From positions 1 to 63,925 of the forward strand of contig CALFLU010000103.1 of assembly GCA_937880125.1 (NCBI GenBank): 63,925 nt of DNA, given 5' to 3'. Under the pieces are notes generated by a model, which was given only the letters and a program-made list of their open reading frames with translations, made no database searches and was not told where the DNA came from. The translations under genes and the position numbers were made by a program. Positions 28,165-36,703 of the stretch are shown here, one piece after another (within the stretch, counting starts at the first letter, position 1; each line of letters starts with the position of its first letter). The DNA comes from an uncultured Eubacteriaceae bacterium (GTDB lineage Bacteria > Bacillota > Clostridia > Eubacteriales > UBA1433).

Positions 28165-28216
28165 TTTTTATTCCTCCAAATAAATTTCTTTTATTTCATA
28201 TATTTTTTAATGACTT

Positions 28217-28753
28217 TTATGCGCTTTCCTGCTGTTCTTTTTGTTCTTTAATGGCATTGAGTGCCACGGCCAAACCTCTGATATTGCCGTTTAGTACATT
28301 GGCCAATCCGGCGATCGGGGTATTTAAGCTGCCGAGCATTTTTGCAACCAACTCTTCTTTCGGCGGCAAAGCGGCAAGTTTCTCCACTTCGTCGGCGCTC
28401 ATGACCTTTCCGTCTACATAGCCTGCTTTAATTGCGAGCACCTTGTTTTCTTTAATAAAGGTACTGAGCAGTTTTGCAGGTGCTATGGGGTCGCTCTCAC
28501 TGACAGCAATGGCAATGGAGCCGATAAAATGCTCGTTTAAGTCTCCGCATCCTGCTTCTGTCGCAGCCAATCGAGCCAAGGTGTTTTTGTACACTTTATA
28601 TGAGACATCCGCTTCTCTGGCCTTGTTGCGCAACAACGTAGCCTTTTCAACACTGATGCCTTTGTAATCTACCAACACTATACTTTGTGCCGTGGTAAAT
28701 TTTTGACTGATTTCTTTGACAATTTCTTTCTTGTTCTCTAAATTCGCAGACAT
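28217..28753 (-). CDS. rplJ: 50S ribosomal protein L10
   Basis: 178-aa ORF placed between rplA and rplL, with the L10 pattern VLVDYKGISVEKATLLRNKARE. Confidence 0.95.
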   Translation of the reverse strand: MSANLENKKEIVKEISQKFTTAQSIVLVDYKGISVEKATLLRNKAREADVSYKVYKNTLARLAATEAGCGDLNEHFIGSIAIAVSESDPIAPAKLLSTFIKENKVLAIKAGYVDGKVMSADEVEKLAALPPKEELVAKMLGSLNTPIAGLANVLNGNIRGLAVALNAIKEQKEQQESA

Positions 28754-28884
28754 TTTCTCCCTCCTTTACTTCGAAATAAAAAAACTCTTTTTGCAGACGT
28801 GGCAAAAAGAGTTTGTAAGAAGCGCTCTCTTGTTACCTCGGCAGGATTTACCTTTTTACCTGCTGTCTGCGGTATAACAAAATC
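28754..28884 (-). promoter_or_regulatory. rplJ-rplL 5' leader with terminator hairpin (L10-leader-type autoregulatory attenuator)
   Basis: Minus strand reads ACUCUUUUUGC-CACGUC-UGCAAAAAGAGU followed by UUUUUUUA (28777-28813), preceded by a structured segment. Position and architecture fit the Firmicute L10 leader. No covariance-model test was run. Confidence 0.55.
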
Positions 28885-28913
28885 AGTATATAGGATTCAT
28901 TCTGACTTGTCAA
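28885..28913 (-). promoter_or_regulatory. promoter of rplJ-rplL
   Basis: Minus strand reads TTGACA, 17 nt, TATACT. Confidence 0.65.
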
Positions 28914-28938
28914 TCTTTTCCTTTATTTTGCGCAAATA

Positions 28939-29628
28939 TTAATAGCGCGAAACGTTGATTTTTACGCCCGGTCCCATTGTGCTTGTCAGAGTAACATTGC
29001 GGAAATATTGCCCTTTGGCTGCAGCGGGCTTTGCTTTTCTCACCGCATCAATGAGCACGTCAATGTTTTCGGACAATTTGTCGTTTTCAAAGCTTGCTTT
29101 GCCCACGGGAACGTGAATGATATTTGTTTTATCCAGTCTGTATTCCACTTTACCGGCTTTAATGTCGGCAACCGCTTTGGCAATATCCATCGTGACGGTT
29201 CCGCTTTTGGGGTTTGGCATCAGCCCTTTCGGTCCAAGTACACGACCGATTTTACCCACAACACCCATCATGTCGTTTGTGGCAACCGCCACGTCAAATT
29301 CAAACCAGTTTTCTTTTTGAATTTTTTCAACCAATTCTTCGCCGCCCGCAAAGTCTGCACCTGCATCCAGCGCTTCTTTGACTTTGTCGCCTTTGGCGAA
29401 AACCAATACGCGAACCACTTTGCCTGTGCCGTTGGGCAACACCACAGCGCCTCTGACCTGCTGGTCTGCATGACGTGAGTCTACACCCAATTTGATGTGC
29501 ATCTCAATGGTCTCGTCAAATTTTGCCGTTGCATTTGACTTGACAAGGGCAATGGCTTCACTCAAGTCGTAAAGTTTTGTTTTGTCAACATTTTTGACTT
29601 TTTCTAAATAGTTCTTTCCTCGTTTCAT
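28939..29628 (-). CDS. rplA: 50S ribosomal protein L1
   Basis: The ATG at 29628 is preceded by GGAGGATAAA. The product starts [10 protein letters not shown]... and has [11 protein letters not shown]. The longer ORF start at 29670 was rejected. Confidence 0.95.
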   Translation of the reverse strand: MKRGKNYLEKVKNVDKTKLYDLSEAIALVKSNATAKFDETIEMHIKLGVDSRHADQQVRGAVVLPNGTGKVVRVLVFAKGDKVKEALDAGADFAGGEELVEKIQKENWFEFDVAVATNDMMGVVGKIGRVLGPKGLMPNPKSGTVTMDIAKAVADIKAGKVEYRLDKTNIIHVPVGKASFENDKLSENIDVLIDAVRKAKPAAAKGQYFRNVTLTSTMGPGVKINVSRY

Positions 29629-29687
29629 TTTATCCTCCATGTGGTAAATTTCGGCATAAGCCTCCCACAAAATTCACTTCACTGCAA

Positions 29688-30113
29688 TTAGTCTTCTACA
29701 GTAACACCCATGCTTCTGGCTGTTCCGGCTACCATACGCATCGCCGCTTCCATGGACGCAGCATTCAAGTCGGGCATTTTTATTTTTGCAATTTCTTCCA
29801 GTTTTGCTTTGCTGATTGTAGCCACCTTTTGTTTGTTGGGAACCGCTGAGCCGCTTTGCAGATTCAACTCTTTTTTAATTAACACGGCCGCAGGCGGTGT
29901 CTTAACCACAAACGTATAGGAGTGGTCTTGATAGACGGAGATGACTACCGGTGTAATAATGCCGTCCAAATCAGAAGTTCTCGCATTAAACTGTTTGCAG
30001 AAATCCATAATATTAACACTGTGCTGACCGAGTGCCGGTCCTACCGGCGGAGCCGGTGTGGCCTTGCCGGCCGGTATTTGCAATTTGATAAGTCCTATTA
30101 CTTTTTTTGCCAT
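29688..30113 (-). CDS. rplK: 50S ribosomal protein L11
   Basis: 141-aa ORF starting [31 protein letters not shown]. Confidence 0.97.
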   Translation of the reverse strand: MAKKVIGLIKLQIPAGKATPAPPVGPALGQHSVNIMDFCKQFNARTSDLDGIITPVVISVYQDHSYTFVVKTPPAAVLIKKELNLQSGSAVPNKQKVATISKAKLEEIAKIKMPDLNAASMEAAMRMVAGTARSMGVTVED

Positions 30114-30142
30114 TTTTTATCACCTCTAAAAATCTGTTGGTA

Positions 30143-30664
30143 TTAATTTTTCGCTATTTGAGAATATTCAAGTTCAACAGGGGTTTCACGACCGAACATG
30201 GAAATATTGGCTTTGATTTTCCTTTTTTCCATGTTGACTTCTTCAACGTTCCCTGAAAATCCTTCAAAGGGTCCTGCCAGTATGGTAATGCTGTCTCCCA
30301 CACGCACATCCAACGACGGCGGCATCTTTTCTTTGATGCCTAAAGAGCGCAGTTCATTGGAAGAGAGTGGTACCGGCTTGCTGCCCGGTCCCACAAACCC
30401 TGTTACACCGCGGGTGTTGCGCACCACATACCAACTTTCGTCGGTTAAAATCATCTTAACAAGAACATAGCCCGGAAACACCTTTTTCATGACCAGCTTG
30501 CGCTGGCCGCCTTTGGTTTCTTCCACTTCATACATCGGCACAAACACTTCTTCTATTAAGTGATGCATGCTTCTGCTTTCCACCGCTGCTTCAATACCGT
30601 CTTTGACTTTGTTTTCATATCCTGAATAGGTATGCGCTACATACCATTTTGCTTCGCTATCCAT
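30143..30664 (-). CDS. nusG: transcription termination/antitermination factor NusG
   Basis: 173-aa ORF with WYVAHTYSGYENKV and a KOW segment GDSITILAGPFEGFSGNVEEV. Confidence 0.95.
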   Translation of the reverse strand: MDSEAKWYVAHTYSGYENKVKDGIEAAVESRSMHHLIEEVFVPMYEVEETKGGQRKLVMKKVFPGYVLVKMILTDESWYVVRNTRGVTGFVGPGSKPVPLSSNELRSLGIKEKMPPSLDVRVGDSITILAGPFEGFSGNVEEVNMEKRKIKANISMFGRETPVELEYSQIAKN

Positions 30665-30688
30665 AAATGCCTCTCCTGTCTTCTTTCG

Positions 30689-30922
30689 TTACAGAATCAA
30701 CGATGTCAACGCGCCAAAGATCGAATCCCCCGCCCAAAATATCAGGGTCATAATGGCTACCAAGCCAAAAACAACGCCCGTGTGTCGCAAAAGTTCTTTC
30801 GGGGTCAGCCAAGTGATTTTTTTGACTTCACTCCACATCCCTTTAAAAAACTTTGCAATGCGCTGCGGCATGTTTTTCAGCCTTTGTAATCTGCTGTTTC
30901 TTTTTACCGGAGTTTTGCTCAT
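30689..30922 (-). CDS. secE: preprotein translocase subunit SecE
   Basis: 77-aa ORF with FFKGMWSEVKKITWLTPKEL and a C-terminal TM helix. It lies between rpmG and nusG. Confidence 0.88.
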   Translation of the reverse strand: MSKTPVKRNSRLQRLKNMPQRIAKFFKGMWSEVKKITWLTPKELLRHTGVVFGLVAIMTLIFWAGDSIFGALTSLIL

Positions 30923-30932
30923 TTAAACAACC

Positions 30933-31082
30933 TTACCTTGTTTCTTTGTGTGGCGTGTGTTTTTTGCAAAATTTGCAATATTTTTCAAGCTCAATTCTGT
31001 CCGGGTCATTTTTCTTGTTTTTATTTGTTGCGTAATTTCTTTGTTTGCATTCCGTACATGCCAAAATGATATTGACTCTCAT
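30933..31082 (-). CDS. rpmG: 50S ribosomal protein L33 (zinc-ribbon C+ form)
   Basis: Not in the ORF track because it is under 60 aa. Minus-strand translation is [49 protein letters not shown], preceded by a GGAGGAACTACC SD. Confidence 0.9.
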   Translation of the reverse strand: MRVNIILACTECKQRNYATNKNKKNDPDRIELEKYCKFCKKHTPHKETR

Positions 31083-31151
31083 GGTAGTTCCTCCATATTT
31101 GCTGCATTTTTCGGCACTAAAAAAAGGCCTCTGCCTTTTTTCTGTGAAGTG

Positions 31152-31180
31152 AGTATATCAAATCTATCCAAAAATTGCAA
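31152..31180 (-). promoter_or_regulatory. promoter of the rpmG-secE-nusG-rplKA cluster
   Basis: Minus strand reads TTGCAA, 17 nt, TATACT. Confidence 0.55.
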
Positions 31181-31244
31181 TGCTATTTTATCAAAAAACC
31201 TTTGTTTTGTCATATTTTTTCGATATTTCTGCATTCTTTTTGTC

Positions 31245-31280
31245 TCATAAAAGAAGCAGACACCTTAAAAGGTGCCTGTC
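31245..31280 (-). terminator. intrinsic terminator after the amidohydrolase gene
   Basis: Minus strand reads CAGGCACC-UUUUAA-GGUGUCUG followed by CUUCUUUUAU. Confidence 0.6.
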
Positions 31281-31297
31281 CGCCCTTTTGCTTTGCC

Positions 31298-32449
31298 TTA
31301 ACCGAATACCTTTTTACCCTCTATATAGGTTGCAACAACCCTGCTGCGCACATCAAAGGGGTCTCCCTCTATGACAACAAAGTCTGCATCTTTTTCAATT
31401 TCAATACTGCCTATGCGCTCATCCACGCCCAATATTTGCGCAGGATACAGCGTAATGGCTCGCAACGCCTCTGACTCACTCATTCCTTCACGTATGGCCA
31501 ATGCTGCACAAATAATCAAGTGCTGAATCGGAATCACAGGGTGATCTGTTGTCAGGGCCATTTTCAGACCTTTCTTGTTGAGTACCACCGCTGTGCGAAA
31601 GGCTTTGTTGGTCAGTTCCACCTTTGAACGACTGGTGAGGGTGGGGCCTATAATAACAGGATAATTTTCTCTGTACAAAATATCGGCAATCAACTCTCCG
31701 TCCGTGCAGTGTTCAATGGTAATATCCACATCAAATTCTTTTGCTATGCGAATCGCCGTCAAAATATCATCCGCACGATGGGCATGCACTTTCAGCGGAA
31801 TTTTTTTATCCAATACCGGAAGCAATGCCTCTAATTTCATGTTAAACGGCGTAGTGGCCGCGCTGCGTGCCAGCGATTTCTTCTTTGCATATTCCCCGGC
31901 TTCGCTCAACGCCTGGCGCAAAAGCGCAGCGGTACCCATGCGAGTGCTCGGCAATTTTTTATCTTTTCCGTAGACACGTTTGGGATTTTCACCAAAGGCG
32001 CATTTCATGGCAACCGGCTCTTTTACTACCATTTCGTCAATACATCTGCCAAATGTTTTATAAGCCACAAAGCTGCCGCCCAACACATTGGCGCTGCCCG
32101 GCCCTGCCGCCACCGCCGTAACCCCTCCCGAAAGCGCGTCTGTCAGACCTGCCTCCAGCGGGTTAATGGCGTCCAGGGCACGCAAATGCGGTGTCACAGG
32201 ATCCGTTGCCTCATTGGTGTCTGCCCCCGGCGCGCCGATGCATTCTTCTTCAATACCCAAATGCGTATGCGCATCAATAAAGCCGGGCAACAAATTACAT
32301 CCCTGTAAGTCTATTTCCGTTGTTCCTTCAGGCGGAATAATATCTTTTCCCACCGCCTTAATTTTGCCCTTTACAACAAAAACTTTCCCGTTTTCAATGA
32401 CTTGCCCTGCTGCTGTATACACATTACAATTATGAAAAAGTTTGAACAT
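31298..32449 (-). CDS. metal-dependent amidohydrolase family protein (substrate unknown)
   Basis: 383-aa ORF with the HxH motif GFIDAHTHLG, later VHAHRADD and a C-terminal EKDADFVV. Confidence 0.8.
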   Translation of the reverse strand: MFKLFHNCNVYTAAGQVIENGKVFVVKGKIKAVGKDIIPPEGTTEIDLQGCNLLPGFIDAHTHLGIEEECIGAPGADTNEATDPVTPHLRALDAINPLEAGLTDALSGGVTAVAAGPGSANVLGGSFVAYKTFGRCIDEMVVKEPVAMKCAFGENPKRVYGKDKKLPSTRMGTAALLRQALSEAGEYAKKKSLARSAATTPFNMKLEALLPVLDKKIPLKVHAHRADDILTAIRIAKEFDVDITIEHCTDGELIADILYRENYPVIIGPTLTSRSKVELTNKAFRTAVVLNKKGLKMALTTDHPVIPIQHLIICAALAIREGMSESEALRAITLYPAQILGVDERIGSIEIEKDADFVVIEGDPFDVRSRVVATYIEGKKVFG

Positions 32450-32515
32450 TTTTTCCTCCCTGTCAACTTAAGCGTCCCCGCAGGCAAGAGCTGTCTACAG
32501 ACACCTGGCATTGGT

Positions 32516-33397
32516 TTAAATATAACATATTACATCGTTGAAATCAATTTTATTCTTTGCGTAAAGCATCGACACTTTCGACTTGTCTTCGATAGGAATC
32601 CACACCTCCGCCAAGGCTTTATATTGGCTTTCCAGCTTATTTACCGTGAGCCACCGCGCAAAAATATCATCAACGGGCTTTAGTCCCACATCCTTCATAT
32701 AGTCCAGCACCGGTTTGAGAATCTCGTTTGTCAATTCCTCTTTTGAAGAGATTTCAATCACCGCATAAACACATGTGCGCGGCTCAATATAGGACACAAA
32801 TCGGTCTTCTTTAATCTGCAACCGCTTGGCGTCTTCAGCCAATATGCACTGTGCACCGATAAAGTCTTTGGCAGTGACATCATCCAAAAACAGCGCCGTA
32901 CAAGGAAATACATTGGGAATTTGGCACCACTCGCTCAACATTTTCTTCACCTCAGGGTGATCCGACATCTCATATTCCTTTTGAATATAGAGCATATACA
33001 TGGCCGGTCTTTCCGTGACAAGGTATCTTCCCGCATTTTGTTGTACAAATTCCATGCGCGACTTAAAATATTTCAGTCCGTTCAATACGATTTTCAATCG
33101 TTCTATTTCGGTCTCTACTTCCTTTCCCCGCTTATCCAGTTTCTCGATCAGATGCTCCGAGGAATCGTCTTTTAAGATATCTACGATCTCATTTACCGCA
33201 AACCCGTATTCTCTATACGCGCGTGTCCTCAATAACAAAACAATATCCCAGGCATCATAGCTGCGATATTGATTTTCTTCGACACGTGCCGGCAAAATAA
33301 GTCCTTTTTTTTCATAATAGCGAATCGCTTGCGACGTTAAGCCCAGTATTTTTGCCACATAATTGATTTTGTATTTATTGATAAGCCCTCTCAGCAT
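32516..33397 (-). CDS. MerR-family transcriptional regulator with a C-terminal effector-binding (GyrI-like) domain
   Basis: The N-terminal HTH is YKINYVAKILGLTSQAIRYYEKKGLI. The ATG at 33397 has the best SD spacing; the ORF could extend to 33415. Confidence 0.8.
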   Translation of the reverse strand: MLRGLINKYKINYVAKILGLTSQAIRYYEKKGLILPARVEENQYRSYDAWDIVLLLRTRAYREYGFAVNEIVDILKDDSSEHLIEKLDKRGKEVETEIERLKIVLNGLKYFKSRMEFVQQNAGRYLVTERPAMYMLYIQKEYEMSDHPEVKKMLSEWCQIPNVFPCTALFLDDVTAKDFIGAQCILAEDAKRLQIKEDRFVSYIEPRTCVYAVIEISSKEELTNEILKPVLDYMKDVGLKPVDDIFARWLTVNKLESQYKALAEVWIPIEDKSKVSMLYAKNKIDFNDVICYI

Positions 33398-33549
33398 GAT
33401 CATTTCTCCTGTCATATGTATTTAGTATTAGACGCGATAATTAGATTATAGCATACGTTTGCAAAAAACATCCTTAAATATTATATTCAATTATGCAGCC
33501 TTGTCAGCAAAATAATTTATCTTTTTCAATATTTTGCGTTAAAATAGCG

Positions 33550-33578
33550 TTGACTTTAAAACGGTTTTAACGTATATA
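33550..33578 (+). promoter_or_regulatory. nfnAB promoter with a palindrome in the spacer
   Basis: TTGACT, 17 nt, TATATA. The spacer contains the perfect inverted repeat TTAAAAC-G-GTTTTAA (33556-33570). Confidence 0.55.
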
Positions 33579-33639
33579 CTATTTGATGTAGCAAAATATG
33601 TTAAAAAAATATCATTTAATTTAAAGGAGTGAGACATCC

Positions 33640-34479
33640 ATGTATAAAATCTTAAAAAAGCGCGACTTAAACGAAAGCAACGTGCTTATGGAAATCGAAG
33701 CACCACGTGTTGCGAAAAAAGCACTGCCCGGCCAATTTGTTATTATCAGAGTTGACGAAGACGGCGAACGTATTCCTCTGACCATTGCAGGTCTTGATTT
33801 GGAAACAGGCGGCGTTCGTGTCATTTTTCAAAAGGTCGGCTATTCCACAACCCTTTTGGGCGAAAAAAACGAAGGCGACTACATCAGCGACTTCGCAGGT
33901 CCTTTGGGCAAACCCACCGATTTTGAAGATTTCAAAAAGGTAATCGTTGTTGGCGGCGGCCTTGGCTGCGCCATTGCTTATCCCATCGCCAAAGCACTTT
34001 ACGACAAAGGCGTTGAAGTAGACTTGGTTGTTGGCTTTAAAACAAAAGACTTGATCATTCTGGAAGACGAAATGAAAGAAGCAGCCACACGCCTGCACAT
34101 TATGACAGACGACGGCTCTTACGGCAAAAAAGGCTTCACAACAGACGGGCTGGATGCCATTTTGGCTGAAGATCCCAACTATGACGCCGTGTTTGTATTC
34201 GGTCCTCCGATTATGATGAAATTCATTGCGCAAGTTACAAAGAAATATGACGTTAAAACCATTGTCAGCATGAACCCCATTATGATCGACGGCACAGGCA
34301 TGTGCGGCGGATGTCGTATCACAGTAGGCGGAGAAACAAAGTTTGCTTGTGTCGACGGTCCGGACTTTGACGGCCACTTGGTGGATTGGGACGAATTCAT
34401 GCGTCGTTCTGCAATGTACAAAGAACAAGAATCCGAAGCAATGGAAAAACATAAATGTAGAATGGAAGGTATGAGCTAA
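33640..34479 (+). CDS. nfnA: NfnA-type subunit: sulfide/dihydroorotate dehydrogenase-like FAD/NAD-binding protein with a [2Fe-2S] site
   Basis: 279-aa ORF with PGQFVIIRVDE, GGGLGCAIAYP and C-terminal GMCGGCRITVGGETKFACVDGP. It is paired with the gltD-like subunit. Confidence 0.85.
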   Translation: MYKILKKRDLNESNVLMEIEAPRVAKKALPGQFVIIRVDEDGERIPLTIAGLDLETGGVRVIFQKVGYSTTLLGEKNEGDYISDFAGPLGKPTDFEDFKKVIVVGGGLGCAIAYPIAKALYDKGVEVDLVVGFKTKDLIILEDEMKEAATRLHIMTDDGSYGKKGFTTDGLDAILAEDPNYDAVFVFGPPIMMKFIAQVTKKYDVKTIVSMNPIMIDGTGMCGGCRITVGGETKFACVDGPDFDGHLVDWDEFMRRSAMYKEQESEAMEKHKCRMEGMS

Positions 34480-35879
34480 TGGCCGAAAGAAACATGTCCC
34501 CCAACAAAACCCCGATACCGGAGCAAGATCCGCAACTGAGAAATAAAAACTTCGAAGAAGTGGCACTCGGTTACACGGAAGAAATGGCAGTAAGCGAAGC
34601 TGCAAGATGCTTGCAGTGCAAAAACAGACCCTGCGTAGCGGGTTGCCCTGTCAATGTGCAAATCCCCGAATTTATTGATCTGATTGTGAAAAAAGATTTC
34701 GCAGGCGCTTACAAAAAAATCAAAGAAACCAATTCACTCCCCGCTGTATGCGGCAGAGTTTGCCCGCAAGAAACACAATGCGAAGCCAGATGTGTTCGCG
34801 GAATCAAAGGCGACAGCGTAGGCATTGGCCGTCTCGAACGCTTTGCAGCAGACTGGGCAATGAAAAACTTAGATGAAAAAGCAGAAGCCCCGAAAAGCAA
34901 CGGACACAAAGTTGCCGTTTTGGGCGCAGGCCCTGCAGGTCTCACCTGTGCAGGCGACTTGGCAATGTTGGGCTATGATGTGACCATCTTTGAAGCATTC
35001 CACAAAGGCGGCGGCGTGCTGGTTTACGGTATCCCCGAGTTTCGTCTGCCAAAAGCAATTGTTCAAGCAGAAATCGACAAATTGATTGAAATCGGTGTAA
35101 AACTTGACACCAATATCTTAGCAGGTAAAGTTGTCAGCATTCCCGAACTCTTCGAAGAAGAAGGTTTTGAAGCTGTATTTATCGGCACCGGCGCAGGTCT
35201 GCCCATGTTTATGGAAATTCCGGGCGAAAACCTCAACGGCGTATTTTCTGCCAATGAGTTCTTGACACGCACCAACCTGATGAAAGCTTACAGCGAAGAA
35301 GCTGCAACACCGATGATGAAATTCAGCAAGGTTGCTGTTGTAGGCGGCGGAAACGTTGCCATGGACTCTGCTCGTTGCGCACAAAGACTCGGTGCTGATA
35401 CGGTATACATCGTTTACCGCAGAAGCATGGAAGAAATGCCTGCCAGAAAAGAAGAAGTTCATCATGCAATCGAAGAAGGTATTGTTTTCAATATCCTCAC
35501 AAACCCCACACAAATCATCGGTGACGAAAAAGGCTATGTCAAAGGCATCGAATGTGTGGAAATGGAATTGGGCGAGCCGGATGCTTCCGGCAGAAGACGT
35601 CCTATTGCTAAAGAAGGCAGCGAATTCGTTTTAGATGTTGACGCGGTTATCATGGCACTTGGAACCAACCCCAACCCCATTATCAGCGACAACACACCGC
35701 ACCTGGACATCAATAAAAAAGGCTGTATTATTGCCGACGAAGAAACAGGCGCAACATCACTGCCCGGCGTTTTCGCAGGTGGCGACATTGTTACAGGTGC
35801 AGCAACGGTTATCCTCGCTATGGGCGCAGGAAAAGTTGCTGCAGCAGCCATGGACAAATACATCCAAGAAAAAAAATAA
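34479..35879 (+). CDS. nfnB: NfnB-type subunit: NADPH-dependent glutamate-synthase-small-chain-like oxidoreductase
   Basis: 466-aa ORF with Fe-S Cys motifs CLQCKNRPCVAGCPV and CGRVCPQETQCEARC, and two dinucleotide folds VAVLGAGPAGL and VAVVGGGNVAMD. The start overlaps the nfnA stop. Confidence 0.88.
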   Translation: MAERNMSPNKTPIPEQDPQLRNKNFEEVALGYTEEMAVSEAARCLQCKNRPCVAGCPVNVQIPEFIDLIVKKDFAGAYKKIKETNSLPAVCGRVCPQETQCEARCVRGIKGDSVGIGRLERFAADWAMKNLDEKAEAPKSNGHKVAVLGAGPAGLTCAGDLAMLGYDVTIFEAFHKGGGVLVYGIPEFRLPKAIVQAEIDKLIEIGVKLDTNILAGKVVSIPELFEEEGFEAVFIGTGAGLPMFMEIPGENLNGVFSANEFLTRTNLMKAYSEEAATPMMKFSKVAVVGGGNVAMDSARCAQRLGADTVYIVYRRSMEEMPARKEEVHHAIEEGIVFNILTNPTQIIGDEKGYVKGIECVEMELGEPDASGRRRPIAKEGSEFVLDVDAVIMALGTNPNPIISDNTPHLDINKKGCIIADEETGATSLPGVFAGGDIVTGAATVILAMGAGKVAAAAMDKYIQEKK

Positions 35880-35891
35880 ATTAAATACATC

Positions 35892-35925
35892 AAAACAAAA
35901 GACCGCGCTTGCGGTCTTTTGTTTT
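35892..35925 (+). terminator. intrinsic terminator after nfnB
   Basis: GACCGC-GCTT-GCGGTC followed by TTTTGTTTT. Confidence 0.85.
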
Positions 35926-36148
35926 GCGTTGAAGCGCATCATCGCGCCGATATCATTGTTTTAGTCTGCCCTGCAATGTAACATATTTTCAATATTTTTA
36001 TCTCCGATCCTTTTATGAGCTATTCATTGCAAATCAACACTGCATCCGCTGATAATTTCTTGTATGCTCTCGACCATAAATAAAACGGCCGCAACAGTTT
36101 AAATAATCTCCTCGCAGCCGTAACCCTTTTTTTGAACTTTAGCGTTTC

Positions 36149-36487
36149 CTATGACGATTCTTCTTTGTTTGCCCTTTCATCAACCACACCTCCCTCCAGT
36201 ACCGTGCGTCTTTTTACAAATTCCTCATGGCTTATTTCTCCCTGTGCATATCGCAGCCGCAACACACGCATGGCATCGTCTTCCTGCACCCTGTTATTTT
36301 GCTGAGCCGATGTACTTTTCATCGTTGCCTGACCCTTTAACAATTTTATGGCGATGACAATCACAGCAATCACCACCGCAACCGCAAAAATCGCCCCTAT
36401 GATGTGCCAAAGTCCGAATCCCATTCCCGACATATTTTGTCCGCCACCTGCCCAACCTGACATTTTGTTTGCACCATAATTCATCAT
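36149..36487 (-). CDS. SHOCT-domain membrane protein
   Basis: The C-terminus LRLRYAQGEISHEEFVKRRTVLE matches the SHOCT pattern. There is a Gly-rich N-terminus and one TM segment. The MMNYG start is preferred over the ORF start at 36568. Confidence 0.6.
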   Translation of the reverse strand: MMNYGANKMSGWAGGGQNMSGMGFGLWHIIGAIFAVAVVIAVIVIAIKLLKGQATMKSTSAQQNNRVQEDDAMRVLRLRYAQGEISHEEFVKRRTVLEGGVVDERANKEESS

Positions 36488-36703
36488 GTATTCAATTTTC
36501 CTTTCTGTTTTTCTTTTATGGATAATATTGTTTGTTTTGATTATGCTGTTTATTTGTGTCTTTTTCATGGCACAACTGTAAAAAAATCAGGATATTCATG
36601 AAATCGAAAGCCTCTTTGCAGCCAGAGCTCACCTTGCGTGATGTGGATTGTTGCAATTTATGCTATACTATAACCGTAATTTTAAAAACAGGAGCTGTCA
36701 AAG

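Noticed and set aside
27487-28183. 199-aa and 154-aa plus-strand ORFs over rplL and the end of the FAD oxidoreductase gene
   Set aside because: They are antisense artefacts of the Ala/Glu-rich L7/L12 coding sequence.
33667-34605. 312-aa ORF on the minus strand covering nfnA and the start of nfnB
   Set aside because: It is fully antisense to two ORFs with clear family motifs. Its translation is low-complexity and rich in Cys, Phe and Asn, with no SD and no recognisable domain. This is a typical shadow ORF.
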